From: Pirellulales bacterium
GTDB taxonomy: Bacteria; Planctomycetota; Planctomycetia; Pirellulales; JAICIG01
Reading direction: 5' to 3'
Length of the DNA stretch: 64,000 nt
NCBI GenBank assembly: GCA_040901675.1
Contig: JBBDYJ010000001.1
Coordinates: 43,618-107,617, forward strand
Shown: positions 49,189 to 57,949 of the stretch, piece after piece
Layout of the letters: every line of letters begins with the position of its first letter
Numbering within the stretch: position 1 is the first letter of the stretch
Made by a program: the position numbers and the translations under genes
Notes under the pieces: generated by a model
What the model was told of the DNA's origin: nothing
The model's database searches: none
The model's input: only the letters and a program-made list of their open reading frames with translations

Positions 49189-50364
49189 ATGTCGGCTTTG
49201 ATTCTTGCCTCGGCATTGCTGCTGGCGCCGCAGTTCGAGCTGAGCACCAGCGGCGGCGAGACGCTCGCCGGCGAGCTGGTCGAGCTCTCGGCCAAACAGG
49301 TCGTGGTTCAAGCTGCCGGCGGCCCGCAGACGGTCCCCACGGGCCAGCTTGCCGCGGTCAGATCTTCGTCCCAGCCAGGCGAGCCCGCTCAGCCCGCTGT
49401 ACGGGTCGAGCTGGTCGATGGTTCCTCGCTCCACGCCATCTCCTACTCGGTCAGCGACGGCGATGCCACCATCGCCCTGGCGGGCGGCGAAGTCACGCTC
49501 ACTACCCGCTCGATCGCCAGCGTCCGGTTCAAGCAGCAATCGGACGAGCAGCAGGCCCAGTGGGAAGCCATGCTCGCCGGCCCCCAGAACGGCGACCTGT
49601 TGGTCATCCGCAAGAACGAGGCGCTCGACTACCTGGCCGGCGTCCTGGGCGACGTCAGCGCCGAGACGGTCCGGTTCACCCTGGACGACGAATCGCTCCC
49701 GGTCAAGCGGCCCAGGGTGGAGGGCCTGGTGTATTTCCATCCCGCCAGGGCCCAGTTGCCGCCGTCGTTTTGCCGCATGACCGACCAGCAAGGCTCGCGG
49801 GTCGAAGTGGAATCGGCCCGGATCGAAGACGGCCGCTTGAAACTGGTTACTCCGGCCGGTCTGAAGTGGAATCTGCCGCTGGAGCAGGTGGCCGCCATCG
49901 ACTTCAAGATACAATTCCTCAGCGACCTGGAGCCGGAATCGGCGCGGTGGACCCCGCTAGTCGGCCGGAGCGACGCCGTCCCCTCGCTGGCCGCCTTGTA
50001 CCAGCCTCGAATGAACCAGGGTTTCGAGGGGGGCGAGCTACGCTTGGGAGGCAAGACATACGCCAAGGGAATCTGCCTGCACAGCCGTTCGGAGCTGGTC
50101 TACCGGCTGCCGGCGGGCAAGTATTCGAGCCTGGCGGCGATTGCCGGCATCGACGACCGCGTCCGACCCTACGGCGATGCCAAGCTGACCATCGCGGGAG
50201 ACGGCAAGCCCTTGTTCGACGCCACTTTGACCGGGCAGGACGATCCCCTCGAGATCCGCATCGATCTCAAGGGTGTCAGGCGGCTCGTGATCCTGGTCGA
50301 CTTCGGCGGCGATCTGGACGTATCGGACTACGTGAACTTGTGCGAAGCAAGGATTCTTCCATGA
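49189..50364 (+). CDS. NPCBM/NEW2 domain-containing exported protein
   Basis: C-terminal FLSDL...LRLGGKTYAKGICLHSRSELVY...AGIDD...GDGK. Confidence 0.82.
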   Translation: MSALILASALLLAPQFELSTSGGETLAGELVELSAKQVVVQAAGGPQTVPTGQLAAVRSSSQPGEPAQPAVRVELVDGSSLHAISYSVSDGDATIALAGGEVTLTTRSIASVRFKQQSDEQQAQWEAMLAGPQNGDLLVIRKNEALDYLAGVLGDVSAETVRFTLDDESLPVKRPRVEGLVYFHPARAQLPPSFCRMTDQQGSRVEVESARIEDGRLKLVTPAGLKWNLPLEQVAAIDFKIQFLSDLEPESARWTPLVGRSDAVPSLAALYQPRMNQGFEGGELRLGGKTYAKGICLHSRSELVYRLPAGKYSSLAAIAGIDDRVRPYGDAKLTIAGDGKPLFDATLTGQDDPLEIRIDLKGVRRLVILVDFGGDLDVSDYVNLCEARILP

Positions 50365-52226
50365 AGCATGCCCCACCCATCACTCCCCGAACCACGCCAC
50401 GGCGTAGTTGCCGGCGGCTGGCGTCGCTCGCCGTTCTCCTTTGCGCGGTGCCCGCGGCGCAGTGCGGCCTCGCGGCCGCCGCCGAAGTGGACCAGGCGGT
50501 GCTCGATGCCGAAGCCCAGCGCGTGGCGGTCATCGCCGAGAGCCGCCAGGCCGCCGTGGCGATCTTCGCGGCCAGCGGTCAGGGCGGCGGGTCGGGCGTG
50601 GTGATCTCGCCCGATGGTTACGCGTTGAGCAATTTCCACGTGACCAAGGGCGCCGGCGATTGGATGAAGTGCGGCATGCTCGACGGGCGGCTCTACGACG
50701 CGGTCATCGTCGGCATCGATCCGGTCGGCGACGTGGCCTTGATCAAGCTCTTCGGCCGCGACGACTTTCCCCACGCCCGGTTGGGCGACAGCGACCAGTT
50801 GCGGGCCGGAGATTGGGTGTTCGCGGTCGGCAATCCTTTTCTGTTGGCCACCGACTTTCACCCCACCGTCACCTACGGCATCGTCTCGGGCGTGCACCGC
50901 TACCAGTACCCCAGCGGGACGCTGCTGGAGTACGCCGATTGCATCCAGACCGACGCCTCGATCAATCCGGGCAACTCGGGCGGGCCGCTCTTCGACAGCC
51001 AGGGGCTTCTAGTCGGCATCAACGGCCGCGGCTCGTTCGAAAAGCGGGGGCGGGTCAACGTCGGCGTGGCCTATGCCATCTCGATCAACCAGATCAAGAA
51101 GTTTCTCGGCTGCCTCAAGGGGGGCCGCATTGTCGATCATGCCACCTTGGGCGCGCGCCTCACCAGCCAGGACGACGGCGCCGTCATCGTGGCCGACGTG
51201 CTCGAATCGAGCGACGCCTACCGCCGCGGCCTGCGCTACGGCGACGAAGTGGTCGGCTTCGGCGGGCGGCCCATCCGCACCGTGAACGCCTTCAAGAACA
51301 TCCTGGGCACGTTCCCCAAGGGCTGGCGGGTGCCGCTCACCTTCCGCCGCCAGGGGCAAACGTTCGACGTCCTTGTGCGGCTTAGCGGCGTCCACGGCAC
51401 CGAAGAGTTGCTGGAAAAAATGCAGGGCCAGGTGCCCATCGATCCTCCCCTGCCCGAGCCCGAAAAAAACCCAGGCGAGCAACCGGGCGACCAGCCCGCA
51501 CCCGGCCCCAGTGACCGCCCCGGCGACCGGCCCGGCGACCGCCGCCGGCCGCGCCCTGCCTTGCCTCAACGAGAGGCCGCACGGCCGATGCCCGACGTCG
51601 TCAAGCAGCATTTCGAGTCGAAGCGCGGCTATGCCAACTATTACTTCAACACGCTCAACCGGACCCGGATCCATGCCGCCCTGACCGCTCACGGCGATTT
51701 TTCGTCCGCCGCCGGCGAGTGGCTCATCAGCGGGCAGCTCGAAGGCGCCGGCGACGCCCAGTTCCACGTCTCGGACCAGCAAGTGTCGTGCGCGCTGCCG
51801 GGCGGCGAGCTGACGCTGGACGCCAGCGGAGACCTCACCTCCGCCACCGAGCCGCCGGGCAGCGGAGGCCTGTTGGCCGCCCTGTACTTGTGGCGGCGGC
51901 TGTTGGTGCTGGGGCCCGAGCGGTTCGGCAGCACCTACTATTACGGCACGATGCCGCTGGCGGGCCATGCCGAACCGGTGGAGGTCCTGGTCGGAACGTA
52001 TGGCGGCGTTGAGTGCCAATTCATGTTCGACGCCCAGTCCGGACACTTGCGGGCCATGGAGATGTTTCTCGACTCGGACGGCGATCCGTGCGAGCTCTAC
52101 TTCTTCGATTACGACAAGCTCGACGGGCGCGACCTGCCGCGCCGCCTCGACGTGCGCTACGGCGACAACGTGTACGCCGCTTTCGAGTTGGTCGATTTCA
52201 CACTGGACAAGGCGCCGGAGGACTGA
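50361..52226 (+). CDS. HtrA/DegP-like trypsin serine protease with PDZ and C-terminal domain (triad intact)
   Basis: GSGVVISPDG, SNFHV, DVAL, TDASINPGNSGGP. Confidence 0.92.
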   Translation: MKHAPPITPRTTPRRSCRRLASLAVLLCAVPAAQCGLAAAAEVDQAVLDAEAQRVAVIAESRQAAVAIFAASGQGGGSGVVISPDGYALSNFHVTKGAGDWMKCGMLDGRLYDAVIVGIDPVGDVALIKLFGRDDFPHARLGDSDQLRAGDWVFAVGNPFLLATDFHPTVTYGIVSGVHRYQYPSGTLLEYADCIQTDASINPGNSGGPLFDSQGLLVGINGRGSFEKRGRVNVGVAYAISINQIKKFLGCLKGGRIVDHATLGARLTSQDDGAVIVADVLESSDAYRRGLRYGDEVVGFGGRPIRTVNAFKNILGTFPKGWRVPLTFRRQGQTFDVLVRLSGVHGTEELLEKMQGQVPIDPPLPEPEKNPGEQPGDQPAPGPSDRPGDRPGDRRRPRPALPQREAARPMPDVVKQHFESKRGYANYYFNTLNRTRIHAALTAHGDFSSAAGEWLISGQLEGAGDAQFHVSDQQVSCALPGGELTLDASGDLTSATEPPGSGGLLAALYLWRRLLVLGPERFGSTYYYGTMPLAGHAEPVEVLVGTYGGVECQFMFDAQSGHLRAMEMFLDSDGDPCELYFFDYDKLDGRDLPRRLDVRYGDNVYAAFELVDFTLDKAPED

Positions 52227-52227
52227 A

Positions 52228-53283
52228 GTGCCGTCGCACTCGCTGCCGATTCATTCGCTTGCCTGTTGCCTCGCCGCCGCCCTCTGCGCCTGGCTGCCCT
52301 CCGCGCCCGCATGGGCCCGGACTTCGGCGCCCTCCTTTGCCGGCGTCATCCAGGAGGTCCAGCCCAAGATCGTCAAGATCTTCGGGGCCGGCGGGTTCCG
52401 CGGCCTGGAGGCCTACCAGAGCGGTTTTCTGATCTCCGCCGAGGGGCACATCCTGACGGCTTACAGCTATGTGCTCGATAGCGACGTCATCGCCGTCACG
52501 CTCGACGACGGCCGCCGCTTCGACGCCACGCTGCTGGGTGCCGACCCCAGAATGGAACTGGCCCTGTTGAAGATCGACGCCCGCGGCCTGCCGCACTTCG
52601 ACCTGGCCCAGGCGGCCACGGCCGAGACCGGCTCGCGCGTGCTGGCCTTCAGCAACCTGTTCGGCGTGGCCACGGGCGACGAGCCCGCCAGCGTGCAGCA
52701 CGGCACCGTGGCGGTGAAGAGCCGGCTCGAGGCCCGCCGCGGCGTTTATGAAACGCCCTACACCGGGCCCGCGTACATCCTGGATGCCATGACCAACAAC
52801 CCCGGCGCGCCCGGCGGCGCCCTGACCGATCGCCAGGGCCGGCTGCTGGGAATGCTGGGCAAGGAGCTGCGCAACTCGCTCAACAACACCTGGCTGAACT
52901 ATGCCATCCCGGTCGAGGAAATGACTTCCACCGTCGCCCAGATCCGCGAGGGCAAGTTCATCCCCAGCAGTGCCGGCGACGACCAGTCCCCGCCCGAACA
53001 GCCTCTCAACTCCCACCTGTTGGGCCTGGCGCTGGTGCCCGACGTGCTGGAGCGCACTCCGCCGTTCATCGACGCCGTACACGAAGGCTCGCCGGCCGCC
53101 GCGGCCGGCCTGAGGCCGGACGACCTGGTGCTGTTCGTCAACGACCGCCTGGTGCAATCGTGCAAGACCCTGGTCATCGAGCTGGGGCAGATCGACCGCG
53201 CCGACAAGATCAAGCTGACCGTCATCCGAGGCGGCCAGGAGCTGATCGACGTCGAGCTGGCCGCTCCCGATGAGATTCAATAA
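52228..53283 (+). CDS. HtrA-like trypsin-fold + PDZ protein, predicted inactive
   Basis: SGFLISAEG, TAYSY (no His), ELAL, NNPGAPGG (no Ser); GTG start inferred. Confidence 0.85.
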   Translation: MPSHSLPIHSLACCLAAALCAWLPSAPAWARTSAPSFAGVIQEVQPKIVKIFGAGGFRGLEAYQSGFLISAEGHILTAYSYVLDSDVIAVTLDDGRRFDATLLGADPRMELALLKIDARGLPHFDLAQAATAETGSRVLAFSNLFGVATGDEPASVQHGTVAVKSRLEARRGVYETPYTGPAYILDAMTNNPGAPGGALTDRQGRLLGMLGKELRNSLNNTWLNYAIPVEEMTSTVAQIREGKFIPSSAGDDQSPPEQPLNSHLLGLALVPDVLERTPPFIDAVHEGSPAAAAGLRPDDLVLFVNDRLVQSCKTLVIELGQIDRADKIKLTVIRGGQELIDVELAAPDEIQ

Positions 53284-53299
53284 CCCGGGCCCACCCCAC

Positions 53300-55342
53300 A
53301 TGCCGTTATCCAAAATCCGGAATCTCTTCGTCTTCTCCTTGCTGGTCTCCCTGCCGGCCGGCGTTCTTTCTGCCCAGGACGACATCGAGCTCGCCGAGGA
53401 ACGGGCCATCAAGGCGGCGGTCGAGCACGTCGCCGGCTCGGTGGTCAGCATCGAGACGGTGGGCGGCCTGGAGCGCAGCGGCCAGGTGCTCTTCGGTACC
53501 GGCCCCACCACCGGCCTGATCGTCTCCGACGACGGCTATGTCGTTTCCAGCGCCTTCAACTTCGCCCAGAAACCGACCTCGATCCTGGTGAGCCTTGCCG
53601 ACGGAACTCGACTGCCGGCCCAACTGGTCGCCACCGACCACAGCCGCATGCTGGTGTTGTTGAAGGTGGCGGCCGGCGAGCCGCTGCCGGTCCCGGAAGC
53701 GGCCCCGGCGGCGCAAATGATGGTCGGCCAGTGGTCGATCGCCGTGGGCCGCACTTTCGAAGGATCGCAGCCCAATCTCTCCGTCGGCATCGTCAGCGCC
53801 TTGGAGCGCATCTGGGGCAAGGCCCTTCAAACCGATGCCAAGATCTCGCCGGCCAACTACGGCGGGCCGCTGGTCGACATCCGCGGGCGGGTGCTGGGGG
53901 TGCTGGTGCCGCTGTCGCCCACTGAAAGCGGCGAGGTGGCGGGCGTCGAGTGGTACGACTCGGGAATCGGCTTTGCCATCCCGCTGGAGCACCTCAACGC
54001 AGTGCTGCCGCGGCTCAAGGCCGGAGATCTCAAGCCCGGCCTGCTGGGCATCAGCATGTCGGGGCGCGATGTGTACAGCGACCCGGCCGTGATCGCGGCC
54101 TGCCGTCCCAACTCGCCGGCGTATGAGGCCGGTTTGAAGTCGGGCGACCGCATTGTCTCCGTCGAGGGCCGCCCCATCGAGCGGCAGGCCCAGTTGCTCT
54201 ACGAGATCAACCGCCGCTATGCGGGCGACACGGTCGCGCTGACGGTCCAGCGCGGCGACGAACAATTCGAGCGGCCCGTCAAGCTGGTCGATCACCTGGA
54301 GCCCTACCAGCGAGCGTTCCTGGGCATCCTGGCTGTCCGGTCCACCCATCTCGCCGAACCGGCTGCCGCCGAGCCGCCCGCCACCGAGCCGCGCGCCGCC
54401 GACCAGCCTGCCGCCGAGCCGGCCGGCGTCCAGGTGCGCTATGTCTATCCCGAGAGCCCGGCGGCCAAGGCCGGTTTGCAGGCGGGCGACGTGATCAGCT
54501 CTTTCAACGAAAAGCCGCTTGGCGGCCGCGACGAGCTGGCCGAGGCCCTGGCCGCGCTCAAGGTCGCTCAGCAGGTGCCGCTGGCGATTCGCCGGGGCGA
54601 CGAGACGCTCTCGCTCGAAGTCGAGCTGGCTGCTGAGCCCGAGACGGTCCCGGACGAGCTTCCCGCGCCCGCCGGACCTGCGCCGGCTGCCGAGCCGGAG
54701 CCGGCCGATGCCGAGGAAGCGATGCCTCAGCGCGGCGTGATTGCCTTGAAGGTGCCCGAGTTCCAGAACGATTGCCTGGTGTACGTGCCCGAATCGTACC
54801 GGACGTCGGCATCGCACGGCCTGGTGGTTTGGCTGCACCCTGCCGGCGGCTCCAAGGACGACGAGCTGGTGGCTCGCTGGCAGGGCCACTGCGAGCGTTT
54901 GGGTCTGATTCTGATTGCGCCCAAGGCCGCCGATCCCGCCCGCTGGCGCAGGGAAGACATCGACTTCATCAAGAAGGCCATCGATCAGCTCCGGCAGAGC
55001 CACGCGATCGATCCGTTGCGGGTGGCCGCGGTCGGCCAGCAGATGGGCGGTTCGTTGGCGTATGTGTTGGCGTTTGCCCACCGCGATCTGGTCCGTGGCG
55101 TGGCGGCCCTGGACGCGCCGCTGGGCGGCTCGCCTCCTGACAACGATCCTGTTTACCGGCTGACGTTCTACGTGACCAAGTCGGGTTCGATGCAGGCCCA
55201 ATTGATCGACGCCGCGGTGAAGCTGCTGCGCGACCGCAAGTACGCGGTCGTGGTCCCCGCCGCTGCCCAGCAGGCCGCCGCGTTATCCGACGCCGAGCTC
55301 GCCCCCCTGCTCCGCTGGCTCGACTCTCTCGACCGCCTGTGA
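53300..55342 (+). CDS. HtrA-like trypsin-fold + 2 PDZ + alpha/beta-hydrolase-like domain, predicted inactive
   Basis: TGLIVSDDG, SAFNF, TDAKISPANYGGP; PDZ SPA motifs; YVPESY...LVVWLH...GQQMGG. Confidence 0.85.
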   Translation: MPLSKIRNLFVFSLLVSLPAGVLSAQDDIELAEERAIKAAVEHVAGSVVSIETVGGLERSGQVLFGTGPTTGLIVSDDGYVVSSAFNFAQKPTSILVSLADGTRLPAQLVATDHSRMLVLLKVAAGEPLPVPEAAPAAQMMVGQWSIAVGRTFEGSQPNLSVGIVSALERIWGKALQTDAKISPANYGGPLVDIRGRVLGVLVPLSPTESGEVAGVEWYDSGIGFAIPLEHLNAVLPRLKAGDLKPGLLGISMSGRDVYSDPAVIAACRPNSPAYEAGLKSGDRIVSVEGRPIERQAQLLYEINRRYAGDTVALTVQRGDEQFERPVKLVDHLEPYQRAFLGILAVRSTHLAEPAAAEPPATEPRAADQPAAEPAGVQVRYVYPESPAAKAGLQAGDVISSFNEKPLGGRDELAEALAALKVAQQVPLAIRRGDETLSLEVELAAEPETVPDELPAPAGPAPAAEPEPADAEEAMPQRGVIALKVPEFQNDCLVYVPESYRTSASHGLVVWLHPAGGSKDDELVARWQGHCERLGLILIAPKAADPARWRREDIDFIKKAIDQLRQSHAIDPLRVAAVGQQMGGSLAYVLAFAHRDLVRGVAALDAPLGGSPPDNDPVYRLTFYVTKSGSMQAQLIDAAVKLLRDRKYAVVVPAAAQQAAALSDAELAPLLRWLDSLDRL

Positions 55343-55732
55343 GGGGCGGGGCCGACGGATTGTTCCTTGTTACTGCGCGACCGTCCTCAAATGGAACGCG
55401 TGTTCTCGGAGCTGGTTCCCGAGTGGAACGCGCGACGGGAACAGGAGTTGGACACGCGATCCGCGCTCCGCTGGCCCGAGAAGCTGCATAAAAAGACGCC
55501 GATTCTCCTCTTGCACGGAACCGCGGATTGGCGCGTGAGTCCGACGCAATCGCTACGCATGGCAGAAGCGCTTTACCGATTCAAGCATCCATTTCGGTTG
55601 GTTCTTTATGAAGGTGGGGATCACGGCCTTTCGGAACACCGAGCGGACGTCGATCGCGCAATGGACGAATGGCTCGACAGGTACGTGCGCGACAATAAGC
55701 CCTGGCCAAGCCTCGAGCCACACGGAGAGTAG
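55343..55732 (+). pseudogene. C-terminal remnant of an S9 (prolyl oligopeptidase family) peptidase
   Basis: TPILLLHGTADWRV (Asp) and YEGGDH (His) present; no GxSxG nucleophile; begins mid-domain at GAGPTD. Confidence 0.75.
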
Positions 55733-56286
55733 CGCCTGCCCATGACAGTCCGCCGGACCTGCCGCGGACGGCCACGGACACCCCCGGCCATTGGCATGCC
55801 CCGGACGATATCCGCCGGCGCTCCATCGCAGTACGGCCCTGCGTCGCCTATTCCGCCGGCTTACCCTTGTTCGCCCTTGACGGACGCTGCTTGTGCCTGC
55901 AGCTCCTTCAGCGTGTGCTTTCCTTCGTCTTCCACTCGATTCGACCGTTGGCGGCGCGACCGAGAATGACTCCGGCGGCTTGCGCCAGGAGGACCAGCGG
56001 CGGCCGCGTGTGGTGACTCCTTCGCGCCTGAGGCTCTTGCACCCCGGTCCCTGCCGGTTTTCACCGGCGCTATCGCTGCGTCCCCTCTCTTCCCCAATGG
56101 GAGCGCGCTTTGACAAACTGAACGGGCTCCTTCTCGTTCCGCCGCCGCAGCAACTTACGAAAGTCGAACTGGCATTCGAGATCACGACGCTGCGGGACCA
56201 CATAATCCATATAATCGCTAAAGTCGCACTAGTTTCACGCCGAATGAGGGGTCAGTGGCATCCAACAGGGAACCGGGGGAGCCTGC

Positions 56287-57684
56287 ATGCCTCGAAAAAG
56301 CCTTCGAGTGGCCTTGTGTGTGCTGGTGCATTGCACGGTCGTGTCGCCAAGGACATGGGCCCAAAACGTTTGGGAGCCTCTCCCGGTGCCGCAATCCGAG
56401 CCCGCCATCGAGTCGGAGGCACTTCCTGACGCCGAGGCAGAGGAGGTGCGCCCACTGTGGGGAGGCCTGGGAAATCTTCGAATCACGTGGGCGGCGATCC
56501 CCGAGCCTCTCGACCTTATGCCGCCGCCGGCCAACCCGAATATGTTGTTTGGCAACGAGATAAGGGAGCCCCCAGGAGTGGCAGCGTTAGTTTACGGGCT
56601 GCCGATAGTTCTTGACTCGAAAGCCTCTCTTCGCGTCGATACGGCCTACGACACCGGCTTTGTGGGAAGCGGTATTCGTCTTCTACCCTCCACGATCGCC
56701 CTGGACGGAACCAAAGAATCACGTCGACAGGGGCAGTTCCAACTGGGCGCCCAGCCGTCACAACTGAAATTCGCCGCCGTGGCGCCCAACGGCCGGTATC
56801 GCGGTGACGCGGAGATCCATTTCTTCGACACAGCGGAGATCCGTCAGTTGAAGGGTCAGGTCGCCCTGCCTTCCAGCGATGTCATCTACGGTGGCTTCAC
56901 ATGGACGACATTCATGGATGAATACGCGGTGCCCATCAGCATGATCGCCGACGCAACGAGCGCTGGCACTGTTTTCCGAAGACAAGCCCAATTGGGTTAC
57001 TTCCACGTGCTCAACGAGCTCTGGAGTCTCTCGGCGGCAATTGAGCACGGCCCGAACGACGATTTCACCCTCGTCAACACCGGCGACGAACGCCTGCGAC
57101 GTTGGCCAGATCTGGTTCTACGGCTGCGCTGGGGATCCTCGCCCGATCCTCGCGTGGGCAGCTCTTTGCACGTCGCCACACTCTTGCGCTCCATCGGCCG
57201 CGAGGATGTTACCTTTGTCGAAGACTTCACAACGGGCTGGGGCATCTCCGTAATGATGAAGGCAGAGACGTGGGACCAGAATCACCTGTTCGTCGGCTTT
57301 GTCGGGGGCGAAGGCATCGGCAGCTATATCTTTGGATTTACTCCGGACAAGGCCGCGCCTCCCGACAACATGCCTGCAGCTGGTCCTCTGTCGGGCAATC
57401 TGACAGCTCTGGCCAACCACGGCGCGCACATTGGCTACCAGCACGTGTGGTGCCCAGACTGGTCGCAGTCGAACATCGGCTTCGGCTATGCCTACGCCGA
57501 GACGACCGCTGCCATGCCGGTGACGGCCGCACGGCGACTGAAGAATGCATGGATCAACCATCAATGGCGTATCAACCCTGCCATTTCGCTGGGCGTGGAG
57601 TATCACTACGCGGATCGCGAGGTCCGAAGTGGCCTCGACGGCGACAACCATCGTATCATGGTCGTGACGCAGTTCCTCAACTAG
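56287..57684 (+). CDS. DcaP-like outer-membrane porin
   Basis: Signal peptide, amphipathic beta strands, GFTWTTFMD, RQAQLGY, GEGIGSY, C-terminal LGVEYHYADRE...DNHRI. Confidence 0.7.
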   Translation: MPRKSLRVALCVLVHCTVVSPRTWAQNVWEPLPVPQSEPAIESEALPDAEAEEVRPLWGGLGNLRITWAAIPEPLDLMPPPANPNMLFGNEIREPPGVAALVYGLPIVLDSKASLRVDTAYDTGFVGSGIRLLPSTIALDGTKESRRQGQFQLGAQPSQLKFAAVAPNGRYRGDAEIHFFDTAEIRQLKGQVALPSSDVIYGGFTWTTFMDEYAVPISMIADATSAGTVFRRQAQLGYFHVLNELWSLSAAIEHGPNDDFTLVNTGDERLRRWPDLVLRLRWGSSPDPRVGSSLHVATLLRSIGREDVTFVEDFTTGWGISVMMKAETWDQNHLFVGFVGGEGIGSYIFGFTPDKAAPPDNMPAAGPLSGNLTALANHGAHIGYQHVWCPDWSQSNIGFGYAYAETTAAMPVTAARRLKNAWINHQWRINPAISLGVEYHYADREVRSGLDGDNHRIMVVTQFLN

Positions 57685-57759
57685 ACTAGCCGACAGCGAT
57701 CGCGCGGCGGATTGAACCCAGCAGTTCGGCGGCATGCTGATCGCACCCGGCCAACCGTC

Positions 57760-57905
57760 CTCGATGGGGCCGGACTTCACCGTGGGCCAGTGTCCCGTGC
57801 GGCGGTGGTGCGCGTCGGCCCAGAGCAGCACCTGCTTCTCGGACAACGGCGGCAAATCGCCACGCAACCGGACGCCCCGCCGCCGGGCCAGCAACCGGGG
57901 CAGCG
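57760..57905 (-). pseudogene. Isolated fragment of a WADAHH-type repeat protein
   Basis: Minus strand reads LPRLLARRRGVR...LPPLSEKQVLLWADAHHRRTGHWPTVKSGPI, resembling a repeat unit I recall from planctomycete proteins; no credible start or continuation. Confidence 0.5.
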
Positions 57906-57949
57906 GAGGGGGCAGTGCATGGACAAAGACGCTATGTTACGGACGGAGA

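Noticed and set aside
49182..50360. Apparent 1014-aa protease ORF
   Set aside because: The first 390 aa are an off-frame read of the NPCBM gene; true start is ATG 50361
55340..55380. Selenocysteine recoding of the in-frame TGA
   Set aside because: No convincing SECIS-like hairpin follows, the position is not a Cys-equivalent, and the upstream protein ends naturally
55742..56286. Short ORFs or an RNA gene upstream of the porin
   Set aside because: No recognisable protein motifs, tRNA or ncRNA; treated as intergenic
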